64,000 nucleotides of DNA from Spirochaetia bacterium (GCA_965263295.1 OZ253665.1:2144001-2208000), one strand, 5' to 3'; counted from the first letter of the stretch, positions 1 to 11,357 are shown. Numbers and translations are program-made. Notes: generated by a model not told the origin, from the sequence alone.

Positions 1-2
1 GG

Positions 3-629
3 CGCGAAAAAGGTTTGCAAGAAGGCCGTAAGGAAGGCTACGAGCAAGGTTTTGCCGAAGTGCGGCGCTTGACAAATCAGTTGCATTACATGATCTCCAG
101 CGTATTGCAGCGCCGCGACGAAATTATCGCTTCCCTGGAAAGTGACTTGATTGACTTGACATTATTAATTGCCCGCAAAGTCGTGAAGGTCCTTTCGGAA
201 AACCAGAAAGATATTGTAATTTATAATACCTTGGAAGCCTTGAAGAAGCTGCGCTGTCGCGGTAGCGTAACCTTGCGCGTCAACCCCGACGATATGGATG
301 TTTGCTTGGAGAACAAAGAACACTTCATCCGCGAAATTGAAAACCTGGAAGGAGTCCACGTCGTTGAGGATCGTGTTGTCCAGCGAGGCGGTTGCATTGT
401 CGAGAGCGATTTTGGCGAGATTGACGCTCGCATTTCATCTCAACTGCGCGAGGTGGAGGACAGGATTCTATCGGTGCGCCCCGTGCGTCGCCGCAGCCCG
501 CGCCGGCTCAGCGAGGATATTATCCGCAAAGACGAAGAAGAACTGGAAAACTTTGTCAATTCCATTGATTCTGATAGTCTGGCCGGCAGTGAGGCCGCCG
601 GCTCGGCTGCGGGTGAAGTTTCGCAGTGA
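3..629 (+). CDS. fliH: Flagellar assembly protein FliH (5'-truncated by window edge)
   Basis: Frame is open from base 3 with GxxxG repeats (EKGLQEGRKEGYEQG). FliH C-terminal motif GGCIVESDFGEIDARI. Directly upstream of fliI; acidic C-terminal tail. Confidence 0.93.
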   Translation, partial: REKGLQEGRKEGYEQGFAEVRRLTNQLHYMISSVLQRRDEIIASLESDLIDLTLLIARKVVKVLSENQKDIVIYNTLEALKKLRCRGSVTLRVNPDDMDVCLENKEHFIREIENLEGVHVVEDRVVQRGGCIVESDFGEIDARISSQLREVEDRILSVRPVRRRSPRRLSEDIIRKDEEELENFVNSIDSDSLAGSEAAGSAAGEVSQ

Positions 630-712
630 CGACAAGGGGCGACAAGGCGCGCGGTGCCAATTGGCATTAGGCATCCAGTTGCAAAGGGTTGGCAAAATAC
701 GGAGAGGGTAGT

Positions 713-2212
713 ATGAGTATTGATACATTTGATTCTGTGCTGCGCTGTCGCAATGCCCTCTATGGCCTGGATACGATCAAGTACGGCGGAAGAGTTGAAC
801 GCATTCAAGGGCAAATGCTTTATTGTAGCGGTCCTGTGGCTCAAGTTGGCGAAACTTGCCGGATCTTTCCGTCAAAGTTCAACCCTTGCACGCGGCAGGA
901 AAATACCGAGCTGGCGGGCCAGCCGGGCCAAGCTGCTGTTCCCGAATTATACGGTGAAGTTGTGGGCTTGGAGCGTGAGCACTGCTATATCATGCTTTAC
1001 GATCAGCCTTCCGGCCTGAGGGTTGGCGACGAGGTGATCGCATTAGGGCATGAGCTTGAGGTCCCCGTCTCAATGGATTTACTGGGGCGGGTGGTCGATC
1101 CGCTGGTGAGGCCACTGGACAATCGAGGCCCCATAGCGTCCTTTACTAAATACCCGGTACAGCGCGAGGCACCTGCGGCGATGTCGCGTCCACCGATTGA
1201 CGAACAACTCGGCATTGGCGTGCGGGTTATCGATGGCCTCTTGCCGCTGGGGAAAGGCCAGCGTGTGGGTATCTTTTCCGGGTCTGGAGTGGGGAAGTCG
1301 ACGTTGCTAGGTATGATCGCTCGGAATACTGCCGCAGATGTCGTCGTTATTGCCTTGATCGGGGAGCGGAGCCGTGAGGTGCGCGAATTCCTGGAACGAG
1401 ATCTCGGAGAAGAAGGTCGAGCCCGTTCTATTCTTGTCGTATCGACTTCAAATAGTCCCGCTTTGTCGCGTATTCGCGGTGCGTATAGCGCCACAACGAT
1501 TGCCGAATATTTTCGCGATCAGGGTAAGGACGTATTGCTGCTTTTCGATTCGGTCACTCGTTTTGCTACCGCCGGGCGCGAAGTCGGGCTAGCTGTCGGA
1601 GAACCTCCGACGGTGCGCGGGTTCCCGCCTTCGGTGTTCAATAGTTTGCCTTTGTTGCTGGAACGGGCCGGCCACAGTGAAACGGGCTCAATTACCGGAA
1701 TTTACAATGTGCTGGTAGAAGGTGACCACCTGGATGAACCAGTTTCGGACACCATTCGCGGTATTTTGGATGGACATATTATTTTGTCGCGCCAGTTGGC
1801 AGAGCGCTACCACTATCCGGCGATTGACGTACCGGCCTCGATTTCACGCTTGGAGCAGAGGATTTCATTGCCTGAATTCCGCCCTGTGATAGCCCACGTC
1901 AAGCGTCTGTTGGCGATCTATCGCGAGCGTCAGGATCTGATTGAGATCGGCGCCTACGCCTCAGGAAGCAATCCGCTGCTGGACGAGGCGATTGAACGCC
2001 TGCCTGAATTGCGGCAGTTCTTGCAGCAGGGTATAGACGAGAACTGCCCGCTGGAGCAGACTATGCGGATGTTGCTGGCACTAGTTGGTGCGGACTCCCA
2101 GGCTCCCGCTGCAATTAGCGCCGAAACAGATTTGCGCGAGCAGAATAATTTAGGTTCAGTCGGCCAGACTGGGGGTCTAGCCATGACTAGTGCCAATAGA
2201 TCAGGTTTGTAA
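713..2212 (+). CDS. fliI: Flagellum-specific export ATPase FliI
   Basis: Walker A GSGVGKST, ALIGERSREV, DSVTRFA, LDGHIILSR. ATG at 713 follows GGAGAGGG. Confidence 0.95.
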   Translation: MSIDTFDSVLRCRNALYGLDTIKYGGRVERIQGQMLYCSGPVAQVGETCRIFPSKFNPCTRQENTELAGQPGQAAVPELYGEVVGLEREHCYIMLYDQPSGLRVGDEVIALGHELEVPVSMDLLGRVVDPLVRPLDNRGPIASFTKYPVQREAPAAMSRPPIDEQLGIGVRVIDGLLPLGKGQRVGIFSGSGVGKSTLLGMIARNTAADVVVIALIGERSREVREFLERDLGEEGRARSILVVSTSNSPALSRIRGAYSATTIAEYFRDQGKDVLLLFDSVTRFATAGREVGLAVGEPPTVRGFPPSVFNSLPLLLERAGHSETGSITGIYNVLVEGDHLDEPVSDTIRGILDGHIILSRQLAERYHYPAIDVPASISRLEQRISLPEFRPVIAHVKRLLAIYRERQDLIEIGAYASGSNPLLDEAIERLPELRQFLQQGIDENCPLEQTMRMLLALVGADSQAPAAISAETDLREQNNLGSVGQTGGLAMTSANRSGL

Positions 2213-2808
2213 TGCGAAAATTTCAGTTTAGTATGGAAACTCTTCTGGCTTTGCGGCGAGCTAAGTTGGAGCAGCAGGAGCAACAGCTGGCTGCCGCAGT
2301 CACGGACTATAACCGCGGGCAAGAGGCAATGCGCAGCAATCGTCAGGCAAGTGCTGGTACTTGGAATAATTTGCGTGGGTCTGGGCACGGCAGTGCTGCC
2401 GGGCAAGAATTAAACCCCTGGCAGAGCCATTCCGATTACTTGTATCTCGCCCGGCTGGAAGGACAGAGCCGGGAGATTGATGGCCAAATGCACGAGGCAC
2501 ATTTGGCCATGGAAGTTGAGCAAAAGCGCTATGCCGAAATGCGCAAGGATTTGCGGGTTGTGGAAAAGTTGCGGGAACAACAACTCCATGAATATAAACG
2601 GGAGCGGGAGCGGGAGCAAGATGAGTCCTCTGCTGAAATGAGTCGAGCGCGTGAATTGTTACGTCCGGACATAGTTCGTGGCATTAATGCTAGGTCTGCG
2701 CGCCGCTTCAGCCGTTGCGGCAGCCTCGTCGATACTGCGGGACTTGATCTGCGGCCACATATGCAGCCGCCCGGAGCCATAGACTGCAATGGTAAAGAGG
2801 AAACTTGA
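2212..2808 (+). CDS. fliJ: Flagellar export protein FliJ with C-terminal extension
   Basis: N-terminus MRKFQFSMETLLALR, coiled coil, VVEKLREQQ motif. Start overlaps fliI stop. Confidence 0.85.
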   Translation: MRKFQFSMETLLALRRAKLEQQEQQLAAAVTDYNRGQEAMRSNRQASAGTWNNLRGSGHGSAAGQELNPWQSHSDYLYLARLEGQSREIDGQMHEAHLAMEVEQKRYAEMRKDLRVVEKLREQQLHEYKREREREQDESSAEMSRARELLRPDIVRGINARSARRFSRCGSLVDTAGLDLRPHMQPPGAIDCNGKEET

Positions 2809-3419
2809 TGGCGAATACTCTGGTCAAAAGTATTTTATTGTTGGTGCTAATTTTCCTGATAATGGTCGGTGGTCTGATTATTTTTGATTGGTTAGGGCTG
2901 ATGAGTTTGCGCCATCAACTCGCGCCTGTACTGCGTCTGGTCGGTTTAGATGCTCCGACATCTGATTCCCCGTCTGCCGGCGCAGAAGACAGCACAAATC
3001 TCAATGATACGCGTTTGCGGCGGCAGCTGGAGTCGCTGGAACTGGAGCGTAAAAACCTAGGGGAGCTGGAAGAAAAATTGGCCCAGCGCTCGGATGAACT
3101 GGACCAGCGAGAGCTGGAAATTACTCAGGCAGAGGAAAAATTGCAGCAACAACTCAAGGCACTGGAAGAACGAGAGAACTTATACCGTGATCGCAATGCC
3201 AAAATTGCGCAGATTGCCCGTAATTTTGGCGGTATGCCTCCGGCGCAGGCTGTCGCCCAAATGGACGCGATGGACCCGCTGCTAGTGGTCGATGTGTTGC
3301 GTGCGGCGGACCGCATTGCTGTGGAGGAAAATTCCACTTCACTCGTCTCTTACTGGATTTCGCAAATGCCGGCGAATCGGGGTGCAGAAATTAACAAGTT
3401 ATTAATTGAAAAACCCTAA
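2808..3419 (+). CDS. flbB: Periplasmic flagellar collar protein FlbB (MotE-like C-terminus)
   Basis: N-terminal TM helix (GGLIIFDWLG), long coiled coil, GMPPAQAV and SLVSYWISQMPANRGAEI as in spirochaete FlbB. Position after fliJ. Confidence 0.85.
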   Translation: MANTLVKSILLLVLIFLIMVGGLIIFDWLGLMSLRHQLAPVLRLVGLDAPTSDSPSAGAEDSTNLNDTRLRRQLESLELERKNLGELEEKLAQRSDELDQRELEITQAEEKLQQQLKALEERENLYRDRNAKIAQIARNFGGMPPAQAVAQMDAMDPLLVVDVLRAADRIAVEENSTSLVSYWISQMPANRGAEINKLLIEKP

Positions 3420-4034
3420 GCTAAAAATATATGGCGATAAAACGACCATATCACTGACAAGTCTGAAAATTCAGGGGCAATGATTTGGGCAATAGGAGCC
3501 GACAGCGTTTGCCGTTTACGGTCACTTGGGTACGCTTGAGATTATTATTGTTCCCATCTTGTTGGACTAGGCAAGATTTGTTGGAATATTGGCGAGCCAT
3601 GATCAAGCAATGACCAATAATAACAAACATGGTCGCCGCTTAAGCACAATTGAGGAAGGCTCCTGCAAATTGCTGACTCCACGCTTGACCTTTTGACCGG
3701 CTCTCCTTGTGTCAAGTGCCAATTCAGTATTAAATCATTTTTAAGAAATAACTTATGCCTTGGGTAACCCGAGGGTAAACCGAGATTTTCCCCCGTGTAT
3801 TTGTTTTGTGCATCAAGTTGCTTTGGCATTGGCTCTGGTTTTTTCTTTATTTAAGGTAAATTAGGACTCTCAGGTCTCGACTTTTTTCTTGGTATTTAGT
3901 ATAAAGGTGGTTCTGCGCTTATTGGTTGTGGAAAAGTTGTAATTTTACAGGGGCATTGAAGGGCCTTTCAGTTTAGAGAACGACCTCAAATCCAGTAAAA
4001 ACTTCTAAAGTATGGTATTTTAAGGTTTTTTTTA

Positions 4035-4063
4035 TTGACACAGAATGTTGATTCAGTTAACTT
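4035..4063 (+). promoter_or_regulatory. Putative sigma70 promoter of the str/S10 superoperon
   Basis: TTGACA-N17-TAACTT upstream of rpsL. Confidence 0.6.
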
Positions 4064-4199
4064 GTCCCTCACTTCAGTTATAGAGCGTATCTGTAAATGC
4101 AATTGTATTTGCCAACTCTTGGCGTTGAAAGATATTGGGAATTTTTCCTGGTTATTATTGTAGTATGTTCGCTGGCTGAGATACATTGGAGGTCATGGA

Positions 4200-4574
4200 A
4201 TGCCAACGATTAGTCAACTGGTGCGCAAAAGTCGCAAGTCTGGTGTAAAAAAAACAAAGTCCCCTGCGTTGCAGGCTTGCCCTCAGAAAAGAGGGGTCTG
4301 CACTCGTGTGACAACTTTTACCCCTAAAAAACCGAATTCCGCTTTGCGTAAGGTCGCTCGTGTGCGTCTGTCTAATGGTATTGAAGTTACGGCCTACATT
4401 CCGGGCATTGGTCATAATTTGCAGGAGCATTCTGTCGTGGCTATTCGCGGCGGTCGGGTGAAGGATCTGCCGGGTGTGCGTTATCATATTGTTCGTGGCA
4501 CTCGTGATACTCTGGGTGTAAACGATCGCCGTCGAGGGCGTTCAAAATATGGCGCTAAGCGCCCGAAAGCGTAA
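4200..4574 (+). CDS. rpsL: 30S ribosomal protein S12
   Basis: [26 protein letters not shown]. Confidence 0.99.
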   Translation: MPTISQLVRKSRKSGVKKTKSPALQACPQKRGVCTRVTTFTPKKPNSALRKVARVRLSNGIEVTAYIPGIGHNLQEHSVVAIRGGRVKDLPGVRYHIVRGTRDTLGVNDRRRGRSKYGAKRPKA

Positions 4575-4609
4575 TTTTTTGCCCCTGAGATTTGGTCGGA
4601 GAACGAAAG

Positions 4610-5080
4610 ATGTCTAGAAAGAAAAGAGTTATTCCTCAGAGAACTTTTGCGGATGCCCGCTTTGGTAGTCGTGAGGTCGAGAAGTTTATTACTCGTATGA
4701 TGTTGGAAGGTAAAAAGTCTGTCAGTGAAAAACTGGTGTATATGGCTTTGGATCGTTTGGCGGAGAAGTCGGGTGAGGATGCTTTAATTGCGTTTCGCCG
4801 TGCGCTGGAAAATGTCAAGCCCGTGTTTGAAGTGCGTTCGCGTCGCGTGGGGGGCTCTACTTATCAGGTGCCAGTTGAAGTGCGGGAGGCCCGTAGAGAG
4901 GCCCTGGCCATGCATTGGTTGATCGGGGCTGCTCGCTCCCGTTCGGGGCGTGGCATGGACGAGCGTTTGGCCCGTGAGTTGCTGGATGCTTTTAATAGCA
5001 CCGGTACCGCGGTAAAAAAGAAGGAAGATGTGCATCGAATGGCAGAGGCAAATCAGGCTTTTGCGCATTATCGTTGGTGA
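4610..5080 (+). CDS. rpsG: 30S ribosomal protein S7
   Basis: [33 protein letters not shown]. Confidence 0.99.
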   Translation: MSRKKRVIPQRTFADARFGSREVEKFITRMMLEGKKSVSEKLVYMALDRLAEKSGEDALIAFRRALENVKPVFEVRSRRVGGSTYQVPVEVREARREALAMHWLIGAARSRSGRGMDERLARELLDAFNSTGTAVKKKEDVHRMAEANQAFAHYRW

Positions 5081-5172
5081 TAGAGGGGGCTATCGCTTCA
5101 AACCGCAGGCTTGCAGTCTGAAGGTGAAGCTGAGAAACTTGTGATAGTTTTTGAGTTTTACTTTTATTGTGC

Positions 5173-5202
5173 AAGCTTGGGCGGAAGCCCAAGCTTATTT
5201 TT
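5173..5202 (+). terminator. Hairpin with GNRA loop and U-tract between rpsG and tuf
   Basis: AAGCTTGGGC-GGAA-GCCCAAGCTT followed by ATTTTT. Confidence 0.55.
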
Positions 5203-5263
5203 GCTTGAAACTAGTGCAGTTTACTGCGAAATCAAGAAAATTTAAATCCATTTAGGAGGAAAT

Positions 5264-6451
5264 ATGGCTAAGGAAAAGTTCCGAAGAGGTAAGCCTCATA
5301 TGAACGTGGGTACAATTGGGCATGTTGACCACGGTAAAACGACTTTGACAGCTGCAATTTCAATGTACTGCGCTGCTAAGGCTGGTGGCAAGGTGATGTC
5401 TTATGAAGATATTGATAATGCGCCAGAAGAACGTCAGCGTGGTATTACGATCAACACTCGTCACGTCGAGTATGAATCCGAAAATCACCATTACGCACAT
5501 GTCGACTGTCCCGGTCACGCTGACTACGTTAAAAATATGATTACCGGCGCCGCTCAAATGGACGGTGCGATTTTGCTGTGTGCTGCCGACTCTGGTCCGG
5601 AACCTCAGACTCGCGAGCACATTCTGTTGGCGCGCCAGGTCGGTGTGCCCAAGCTGATTGTGTTTATGAATAAAATGGATCTGGCTGATCCCGAGCTGGT
5701 TGAGCTGGTTGAGGCCGAGATATTGGAGCTGTTGGAGCAGTATGGCTTTCCGGGAGACGGTACTCCTATTGTCAAAGGTTCGGCTTTTCAGGCGATGACT
5801 AATCCTGGCGATCCTGAGGCTACTAAGTGCATTGAGGAGCTGCTCGGGCAGATGGATGCCTATTTTGACCTGCCAGAGCGTCCGATTGACAAAGATTTTT
5901 TGCTGCCGATTGAAGATGTTTTCTCTATTTCGGGTCGCGGTACGGTGGTTACTGGCCGTGTCGAGTCCGGGATCATCAAGGTTGGAGATGAGGTCGAAAT
6001 CGTCGGGATCAGTGACAACCAGAAAACTACCGTTACTGGTGTGGAGATGTTTCAAAAGGAATTGGACCAGGGACAGGCCGGTGACAACGTGGGTTGTCTG
6101 TTGCGCGGTATTGACAAGGATAAAGTTGAACGTGGTCAAGTTTTGTGTAAGCCGGGTTCGATTAAGCCTCACAAGAAGTTTAAAGGTGCTATTGTCTCTT
6201 TGACTAAGGATGAAGGTGGTCGTCACAATCCGTTCTTTAGTGGTTATCGTCCTCAGTTCTACTTTCGTACCACTGACGTTACGGGTTCGGTAACCCTGCT
6301 TGGGGGCAAGGAGATGGTCATGCCGGGGGACAACTGTGAGCTGCAGGTTGAGTTGATCAGTCCGATAGCCATGGAGCCTGGTTTGAAGTTTTCAATCCGT
6401 GAAGGTGGTCGCACCGTCGCCTCGGGCCAGGTTCTTGAGATTCAGGAATAA
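5264..6451 (+). CDS. tuf: Elongation factor Tu
   Basis: [48 protein letters not shown]. Confidence 0.99.
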   Translation: MAKEKFRRGKPHMNVGTIGHVDHGKTTLTAAISMYCAAKAGGKVMSYEDIDNAPEERQRGITINTRHVEYESENHHYAHVDCPGHADYVKNMITGAAQMDGAILLCAADSGPEPQTREHILLARQVGVPKLIVFMNKMDLADPELVELVEAEILELLEQYGFPGDGTPIVKGSAFQAMTNPGDPEATKCIEELLGQMDAYFDLPERPIDKDFLLPIEDVFSISGRGTVVTGRVESGIIKVGDEVEIVGISDNQKTTVTGVEMFQKELDQGQAGDNVGCLLRGIDKDKVERGQVLCKPGSIKPHKKFKGAIVSLTKDEGGRHNPFFSGYRPQFYFRTTDVTGSVTLLGGKEMVMPGDNCELQVELISPIAMEPGLKFSIREGGRTVASGQVLEIQE

Positions 6452-6605
6452 TTGACTGAAAAGCTTAAATTATAGGCAAATAGTCCTTGGCGTAGTCATC
6501 TTGAATCATTAGGCTGGCTGCCCAGGCTGTTCGACGTCCAGTTTATGGGTTGTAATTATCGGTTTGTAATTGAGTTGGCTTGTTAATTGACAAAGGGAAT
6601 AAGTG

Positions 6606-6908
6606 ATGAAAGATAGAGTTCGGGTCAGGTTGAAAAGTTTTGATGTGCGGTTGATTGAGCAAAGTGTGAGTTCAATTATTGATGCCTTGGCCCAGTATAA
6701 TGTTAAAGTGGCAGGGCCCATCCCTCTCCCGACTAGAATTCAAAAGTTCACTGTAAACAAGTCGACCTTTGTGAATAAAAAGTCGCGTGAGCAGTTCGAA
6801 ATGCGTACTCATAAAAGGTTACTTGATATTATTAATCCTTCTGGTACGGCTATGGATGCTTTGCAACGTGTCGAACTCCCTGCCGGGGTGGATGTAGAGA
6901 TTCGCTAA
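6606..6908 (+). CDS. rpsJ: 30S ribosomal protein S10
   Basis: [22 protein letters not shown]. Confidence 0.98.
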   Translation: MKDRVRVRLKSFDVRLIEQSVSSIIDALAQYNVKVAGPIPLPTRIQKFTVNKSTFVNKKSREQFEMRTHKRLLDIINPSGTAMDALQRVELPAGVDVEIR

Positions 6909-6944
6909 TTTAAGTGAAGTTGCCGGATTTGGAGTGAGATATTA

Positions 6945-7568
6945 ATGATTGCGCTGATTGGTAAAAAGCATGGAATGACGCAGATCTTTGACGAAGATGG
7001 GTCTGTGGTGCCGGTGACGGTTATTGAAGTAGAGAAAAATCTTGTTGTGGCAAAGCGGACCTTGCAGAAGAATGGTTACCAGGCGGTTTTGCTGGGCTGT
7101 GCGCCTCAGTTGCCGCAGCGTTTGACTAAGGCAGATTTAGGTCAGTATCCAGAGGGTGTCACTCCCAAGGCGCACTTGCGGGAAGTTCGTGACTTTCGTG
7201 TCGAGTGTGAGGTCGGTCAGGAGCTCGGTTTGGAACTACTGGCTGGAACACGTTATGTTGATGTCGCCGCCACGTCTAAAGGCAAGGGTTTTCAGGGTGG
7301 CATGAAGCGTCACGGGTTCGGGGGGGGGCACCGGACTCATGGCTCTAAATTCCATCGAGATCTGGGTTCTACGGGCCAGGCGGCGTGGCCTTCTCGTACT
7401 TTTAAGGGGCAGAAAATGTCTGGTCGCATGGGTGGCCGGCGTGCGACTGTGCAAAATCTGGAAGTTTTGCGCATTGAGGCGGACAAGAATTTACTGGTTG
7501 TCCGCGGCGCGGTTCCTGGGCCGCGCGGTGCGCGCGTAATTGTGCAGAAGGCCAAGAAAAAATCGTAA
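6945..7568 (+). CDS. rplC: 50S ribosomal protein L3
   Basis: GKKHGMTQIF, SKGKGFQGGMKRHGF. Confidence 0.98.
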   Translation: MIALIGKKHGMTQIFDEDGSVVPVTVIEVEKNLVVAKRTLQKNGYQAVLLGCAPQLPQRLTKADLGQYPEGVTPKAHLREVRDFRVECEVGQELGLELLAGTRYVDVAATSKGKGFQGGMKRHGFGGGHRTHGSKFHRDLGSTGQAAWPSRTFKGQKMSGRMGGRRATVQNLEVLRIEADKNLLVVRGAVPGPRGARVIVQKAKKKS

Positions 7569-7647
7569 ATAGATTTTGGTATGTCGCAGATTAAAGTGAA
7601 AATCGAGAAGGTGCATTTTGCTTGTTGCATCTAGCAAGGGTTTATGA

Positions 7648-8307
7648 ATGGAAAAGAAGCTATATTCCATAGATGGCGAGGAAAAGGGTTTGATCCAGCT
7701 GGCTGATGAAGTCTTTGCTGTCGAAGTCAATGAAGGTCTGATTCATCAGTTGTTAACGATGGAGTTGGCTAATAAGCGTCAGGGAACTGCCGCTACTCGC
7801 CTTCGCAGTCAGGTACGGGGTTCTACGGCCAAGCCTTGGCGTCAGAAAGGCACGGGGCGTGCTCGAGCTGGCCACAAGCGTTCGCCAATTTGGAAGGGCG
7901 GCGGTGTGGTTTTTGGTCCACATCCGCGCAGCTATCGTCAGGACATGCCGAAAAAAATGAAACGCAATGCATACAAAAGTCTGCTTTCGCTGCGTGCCGT
8001 TAATGATGAAATTGTGAAATTTATAGAGGATTTTCAAATTGAGTCGGGAAAGACCCGTGATCTGGTGGCCAAACTGGCGTGCTTTGCCGCGGTAAAAAAA
8101 GATCGGATCGTTGTTGTTCTGGGTGATAATTATGAAGATAATGCCCTGATTCGTCGCGCTGCTAGGAATATAGCTAATTTAACTGTGTTGGATTACTGGC
8201 GCCTGGAAGTGCATGATTTTTTTTATGCTAAAAAGATTCTATTCGCTGAGTCTGCCGTCAAGGGTTTGAATAGTTTCTATCGAGATAAGGTGGGAGAGGC
8301 GGTATAA
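7648..8307 (+). CDS. rplD: 50S ribosomal protein L4
   Basis: KPWRQKGTGRARAG, SPIWKGGGVVFGP. Confidence 0.98.
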   Translation: MEKKLYSIDGEEKGLIQLADEVFAVEVNEGLIHQLLTMELANKRQGTAATRLRSQVRGSTAKPWRQKGTGRARAGHKRSPIWKGGGVVFGPHPRSYRQDMPKKMKRNAYKSLLSLRAVNDEIVKFIEDFQIESGKTRDLVAKLACFAAVKKDRIVVVLGDNYEDNALIRRAARNIANLTVLDYWRLEVHDFFYAKKILFAESAVKGLNSFYRDKVGEAV

Positions 8308-8310
8308 GGG

Positions 8311-8646
8311 ATGGAAGTCGAGAACGTTTTAATTCGTCCGCTGTTGACAGAAAAGTCTAATGTATTACAGGCGGGTGTCTCTGGTTACAAGAAATACAGT
8401 TTTCAGGTGGATGTTCGCGCGAACAAGCTGCAAATAATGTATGTCGTGAAGACTTTGTTTAAGGTGGAGCCCTTGGCTTGTAATATTGTGAGCGTGAAGA
8501 GTAAGAGAAAGCGCAATTTGCCTGTTTCGAAAAATAGCTTTAAGCGCGGTTACGGCAAGAGTGCGCCCTGGAAAAAAGCTGTCGTAACGTTGCCGAAAGG
8601 GCAATCTATCGAAGCTCTCGAAAGCCTGGGTATTGATGAGGCATAA
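8311..8646 (+). CDS. rplW: 50S ribosomal protein L23
   Basis: PLLTEKS, ANKLQI, WKKAVVTL; operon position. Confidence 0.95.
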   Translation: MEVENVLIRPLLTEKSNVLQAGVSGYKKYSFQVDVRANKLQIMYVVKTLFKVEPLACNIVSVKSKRKRNLPVSKNSFKRGYGKSAPWKKAVVTLPKGQSIEALESLGIDEA

Positions 8647-8664
8647 TGGGTTTGAGGTGTTAGG

Positions 8665-9504
8665 ATGGCATTGAAGAAGTATAAACCTACGACTCCGAGT
8701 CTGCGTCACTTGCAGACTGTCGATTATTCGGATTTATCAAAGCAGCGCCCCCACAAGAAATTGACGAGGGGTAAAAAAAGTAATGCTGGTCGAGGTAGTT
8801 CGGGGCGTATCAGTGTGCGGCGTCGCGGTGGTGGGCACAAGCGCCTATATCGCACTATTGACTTTAAACGTGATAAATTAGGCGTCCCCGCTCGCGTCGA
8901 GTCCATTGAATACGATCCCAACCGCACAGCGCATATTGCGTTGTTGGTTTATCGGGATGGCGAACGTCGTTACATCCTTTGTCCGCAAGGGCTGGAGGTC
9001 GGGGCAGAAGTCGTGAGTGGGCCGGGAGCTGAGATCGCGGTGGGCAATACGCTGCCCCTGGCGGATATCCCTGTCGGGCGTGTGGTGCATGGCGTGGAGT
9101 TGACAGCTGGACGCGGGGCCCAGTTGGCACGCACAGCTGGTTCATCGGCGATGATTACTGCGCGTGACCGTGATTATTTTTCCTTAAAGCTTCCTTCGGG
9201 CGAAATTCGTATGGTGCACAAGGGTTGTCGAGCCACTATTGGGGTCTTGGGCAACGCGGACCACATGAATATCAGTATCGGTAAGGCTGGGCGTTCACGT
9301 TGGCTTGGTCGCCGTCCTAAAGTTCGCGGCGTCGCCATGAACCCCGTGGACCATCCGCATGGAGGTGGTCAGGGGCGGACCAAGGGACGTCATCCACAGA
9401 CCCCCTGGGGAGTTCAGACGAAAGGCAAGAAGACTCGCTCTCGCAGCAAGACTTCTAGCCGCTTTATTGTTCAGCGCCGAAAGCATAAGAATAAGCGCAA
9501 GTAG
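8665..9504 (+). CDS. rplB: 50S ribosomal protein L2
   Basis: [27 protein letters not shown]. Confidence 0.99.
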   Translation: MALKKYKPTTPSLRHLQTVDYSDLSKQRPHKKLTRGKKSNAGRGSSGRISVRRRGGGHKRLYRTIDFKRDKLGVPARVESIEYDPNRTAHIALLVYRDGERRYILCPQGLEVGAEVVSGPGAEIAVGNTLPLADIPVGRVVHGVELTAGRGAQLARTAGSSAMITARDRDYFSLKLPSGEIRMVHKGCRATIGVLGNADHMNISIGKAGRSRWLGRRPKVRGVAMNPVDHPHGGGQGRTKGRHPQTPWGVQTKGKKTRSRSKTSSRFIVQRRKHKNKRK

Positions 9505-9526
9505 TAGCACGGTAGGAGTCGTATGT

Positions 9527-9808
9527 ATGGCTAGATCAATTAAAAAGGGCCCATTTATTGAGGGCAAGCTTTTCAAGCGTGTGATGGCGGCCCAGGCTGA
9601 CTTTGGCGGTAAGCGTCCCATCAAGACGTACTCGCGCGCTTCCACGATTATACCGGAAATGGTTGGCGCAACGATTCAAGTTTATAACGGTAAAGCCTTT
9701 ATCCCTGTGTTGGTAACTGAGAATTTGGTTGGTCATAAGCTGGGGGAATTCGCTCCGACACGTTCGTTCCGTGGCCATGCGGGTTCAGATAAAAAAGGTC
9801 GAAAATAG
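9527..9808 (+). CDS. rpsS: 30S ribosomal protein S19
   Basis: [22 protein letters not shown]. The ATG at 9527 lies inside the longer ORF call. Confidence 0.98.
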   Translation: MARSIKKGPFIEGKLFKRVMAAQADFGGKRPIKTYSRASTIIPEMVGATIQVYNGKAFIPVLVTENLVGHKLGEFAPTRSFRGHAGSDKKGRK

Positions 9809-9827
9809 AGTTGGGGGAGCAGGATAG

Positions 9828-10175
9828 ATGACATCAACTACGGGCTACAAAGCCATTGCAAAGCACTTGCCTATTTCGCCTTCAAAGGTTCGTCCCGTTG
9901 CCAATCTGATTCGCCATCAGTCGTACACAGAGGCCGCCGCTTTGTTGGGTACCTTGCCGCATAAAGGTGCTGTCTTTTTGTTGCAAACGCTGCGTTCGGC
10001 TGCGTCTAATGCGATGGACTTGAACAAGAATATCGACGAAGAAAGCCTGTTTGTCAAAGAATTGCTTGTAAATGAAGGTTCTCGTCAAAAGCGTATCTGG
10101 GCTCGCGGCCGTGGCCGAGCAGACCGGCAGCTGAAGCGCTACGCACATATTGCCGTGGTTTTAGATGCGAAATAG
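9828..10175 (+). CDS. rplV: 50S ribosomal protein L22
   Basis: SPSKVRPVANLIR, ARGRGRAD. Confidence 0.97.
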   Translation: MTSTTGYKAIAKHLPISPSKVRPVANLIRHQSYTEAAALLGTLPHKGAVFLLQTLRSAASNAMDLNKNIDEESLFVKELLVNEGSRQKRIWARGRGRADRQLKRYAHIAVVLDAK

Positions 10176-10196
10176 GCAAAAGGAAGAAGGATTATA

Positions 10197-10889
10197 ATGG
10201 GTCAGAAAGTACATCCATACGGCTTCCGCTTGGGAGTAAACAACGACTGGAAATCGCGCTGGTATCTCAGCGGTAAAGACTACGCCCGCGTGTTGCATGA
10301 GGACCTGCGCTTGCGCAGGTCCCTGCTAGGCAAGCAGGAAGCGCAGCAGGCCGATATCAGTGACGTTGAAATTATTCGCAAACCGAAGCGCATTACTCTG
10401 CTGATTCATACGGCTCGCCCTGGTTATATCATTGGTTCCAAAGGTGCCAACATTGAGCGCCTACAAAGGGAACTGCAGAAGCTGACTCGCGATAATCTCA
10501 ACATTAAGATTAAAGAAGTCAAGCGACCCGAATCCAGCGCCCAGATTGTGGCTCTGAATATTGCTCGTCAACTGCGCGGTCGTACGGCCTTTCGTCGGGC
10601 GCTTAAAATGGCCGTCGCAGGCGTTATGAAGCAAGGTAATGTACAGGGTGTTAAAATTAAAATTTCTGGTCGTTTGGGCGGGGCCGAGATGGCTCGTGTT
10701 CTCGAACTAAAAGAAGGCCGTGTGCCTTTGCACACTTTGCGGGCCAATATTGACTACGGTTTTGCTGAAGCCAAAACGACTTACGGTGTAATTGGTGTCA
10801 AAGTCTGGGTGTGTTTGGGTGAGATTTATAAAAGTAATGCCAAGCAGGATGCGGGCAATCTGGTCCGCCGCCCCAGTGAGACCGAGTAG
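10197..10889 (+). CDS. rpsC: 30S ribosomal protein S3
   Basis: MGQKVHPYGFRLG, GRVPLHTLRANIDYG. Confidence 0.99.
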   Translation: MGQKVHPYGFRLGVNNDWKSRWYLSGKDYARVLHEDLRLRRSLLGKQEAQQADISDVEIIRKPKRITLLIHTARPGYIIGSKGANIERLQRELQKLTRDNLNIKIKEVKRPESSAQIVALNIARQLRGRTAFRRALKMAVAGVMKQGNVQGVKIKISGRLGGAEMARVLELKEGRVPLHTLRANIDYGFAEAKTTYGVIGVKVWVCLGEIYKSNAKQDAGNLVRRPSETE

Positions 10890-10928
10890 TTTCGGGTTGG
10901 AACCAGCCTAGAATAGAGGAGTGTAGAC

Positions 10929-11357
10929 ATGGCATTATTAAGTCCGAAACGGCTTGCTTACCGAAAGAGGCAGAGGCGTTCTTTTTGTGGCCTGCGTGTA
11001 AATGCAAGCCGTGGTAACCATATTGCTTTTGGCGAATTTGGTTTGGTGTCTGAAGATCAGAAGTACCTGACGGCGCGCCAGATTGAGGCGGCTCGTATCG
11101 CCATGACTCGGCACTTGAAGCGTGGTGGTAAAGTCTGGATTCGTGTCTTCCCCGATGTGCCATATACGAAGAAGCCAGCCGAAGTCCGCATGGGTAGTGG
11201 CAAGGGTAACCCTGAAATGTGGATTGCTCCAGTGCAACGGGGTACGGTGCTGTTTGAGGTCGCCGGTGTCCAGCCAGATCTCGCGCGTCGCGCGATGGAA
11301 TTGGCCGCCAGCAAATTGCCCGTTCGCGCACGTTTCGTGCAGAAGGTGCATTCCTGA
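10929..11357 (+). CDS. rplP: 50S ribosomal protein L16
   Basis: [21 protein letters not shown]. Confidence 0.98.
   Translation: MALLSPKRLAYRKRQRRSFCGLRVNASRGNHIAFGEFGLVSEDQKYLTARQIEAARIAMTRHLKRGGKVWIRVFPDVPYTKKPAEVRMGSGKGNPEMWIAPVQRGTVLFEVAGVQPDLARRAMELAASKLPVRARFVQKVHS

Noticed and set aside
3545..3829. 94-aa minus-strand ORF between flbB and rpsL
   Set aside because: No RBS, motif or protein-like composition; treated as intergenic.
5360..6226. 288-aa antisense ORF over tuf (similar cases: 10798-11559, 23390-24316, 34343-35158, 49868-50641)
   Set aside because: Shadow ORFs on the opposite strand of conserved genes, with no motifs of their own.
7320..7328. G9 tract as a phase-variation site
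   Set aside because: It encodes Gly-Gly-Gly in the essential rplC gene, where a frameshift would be lethal.
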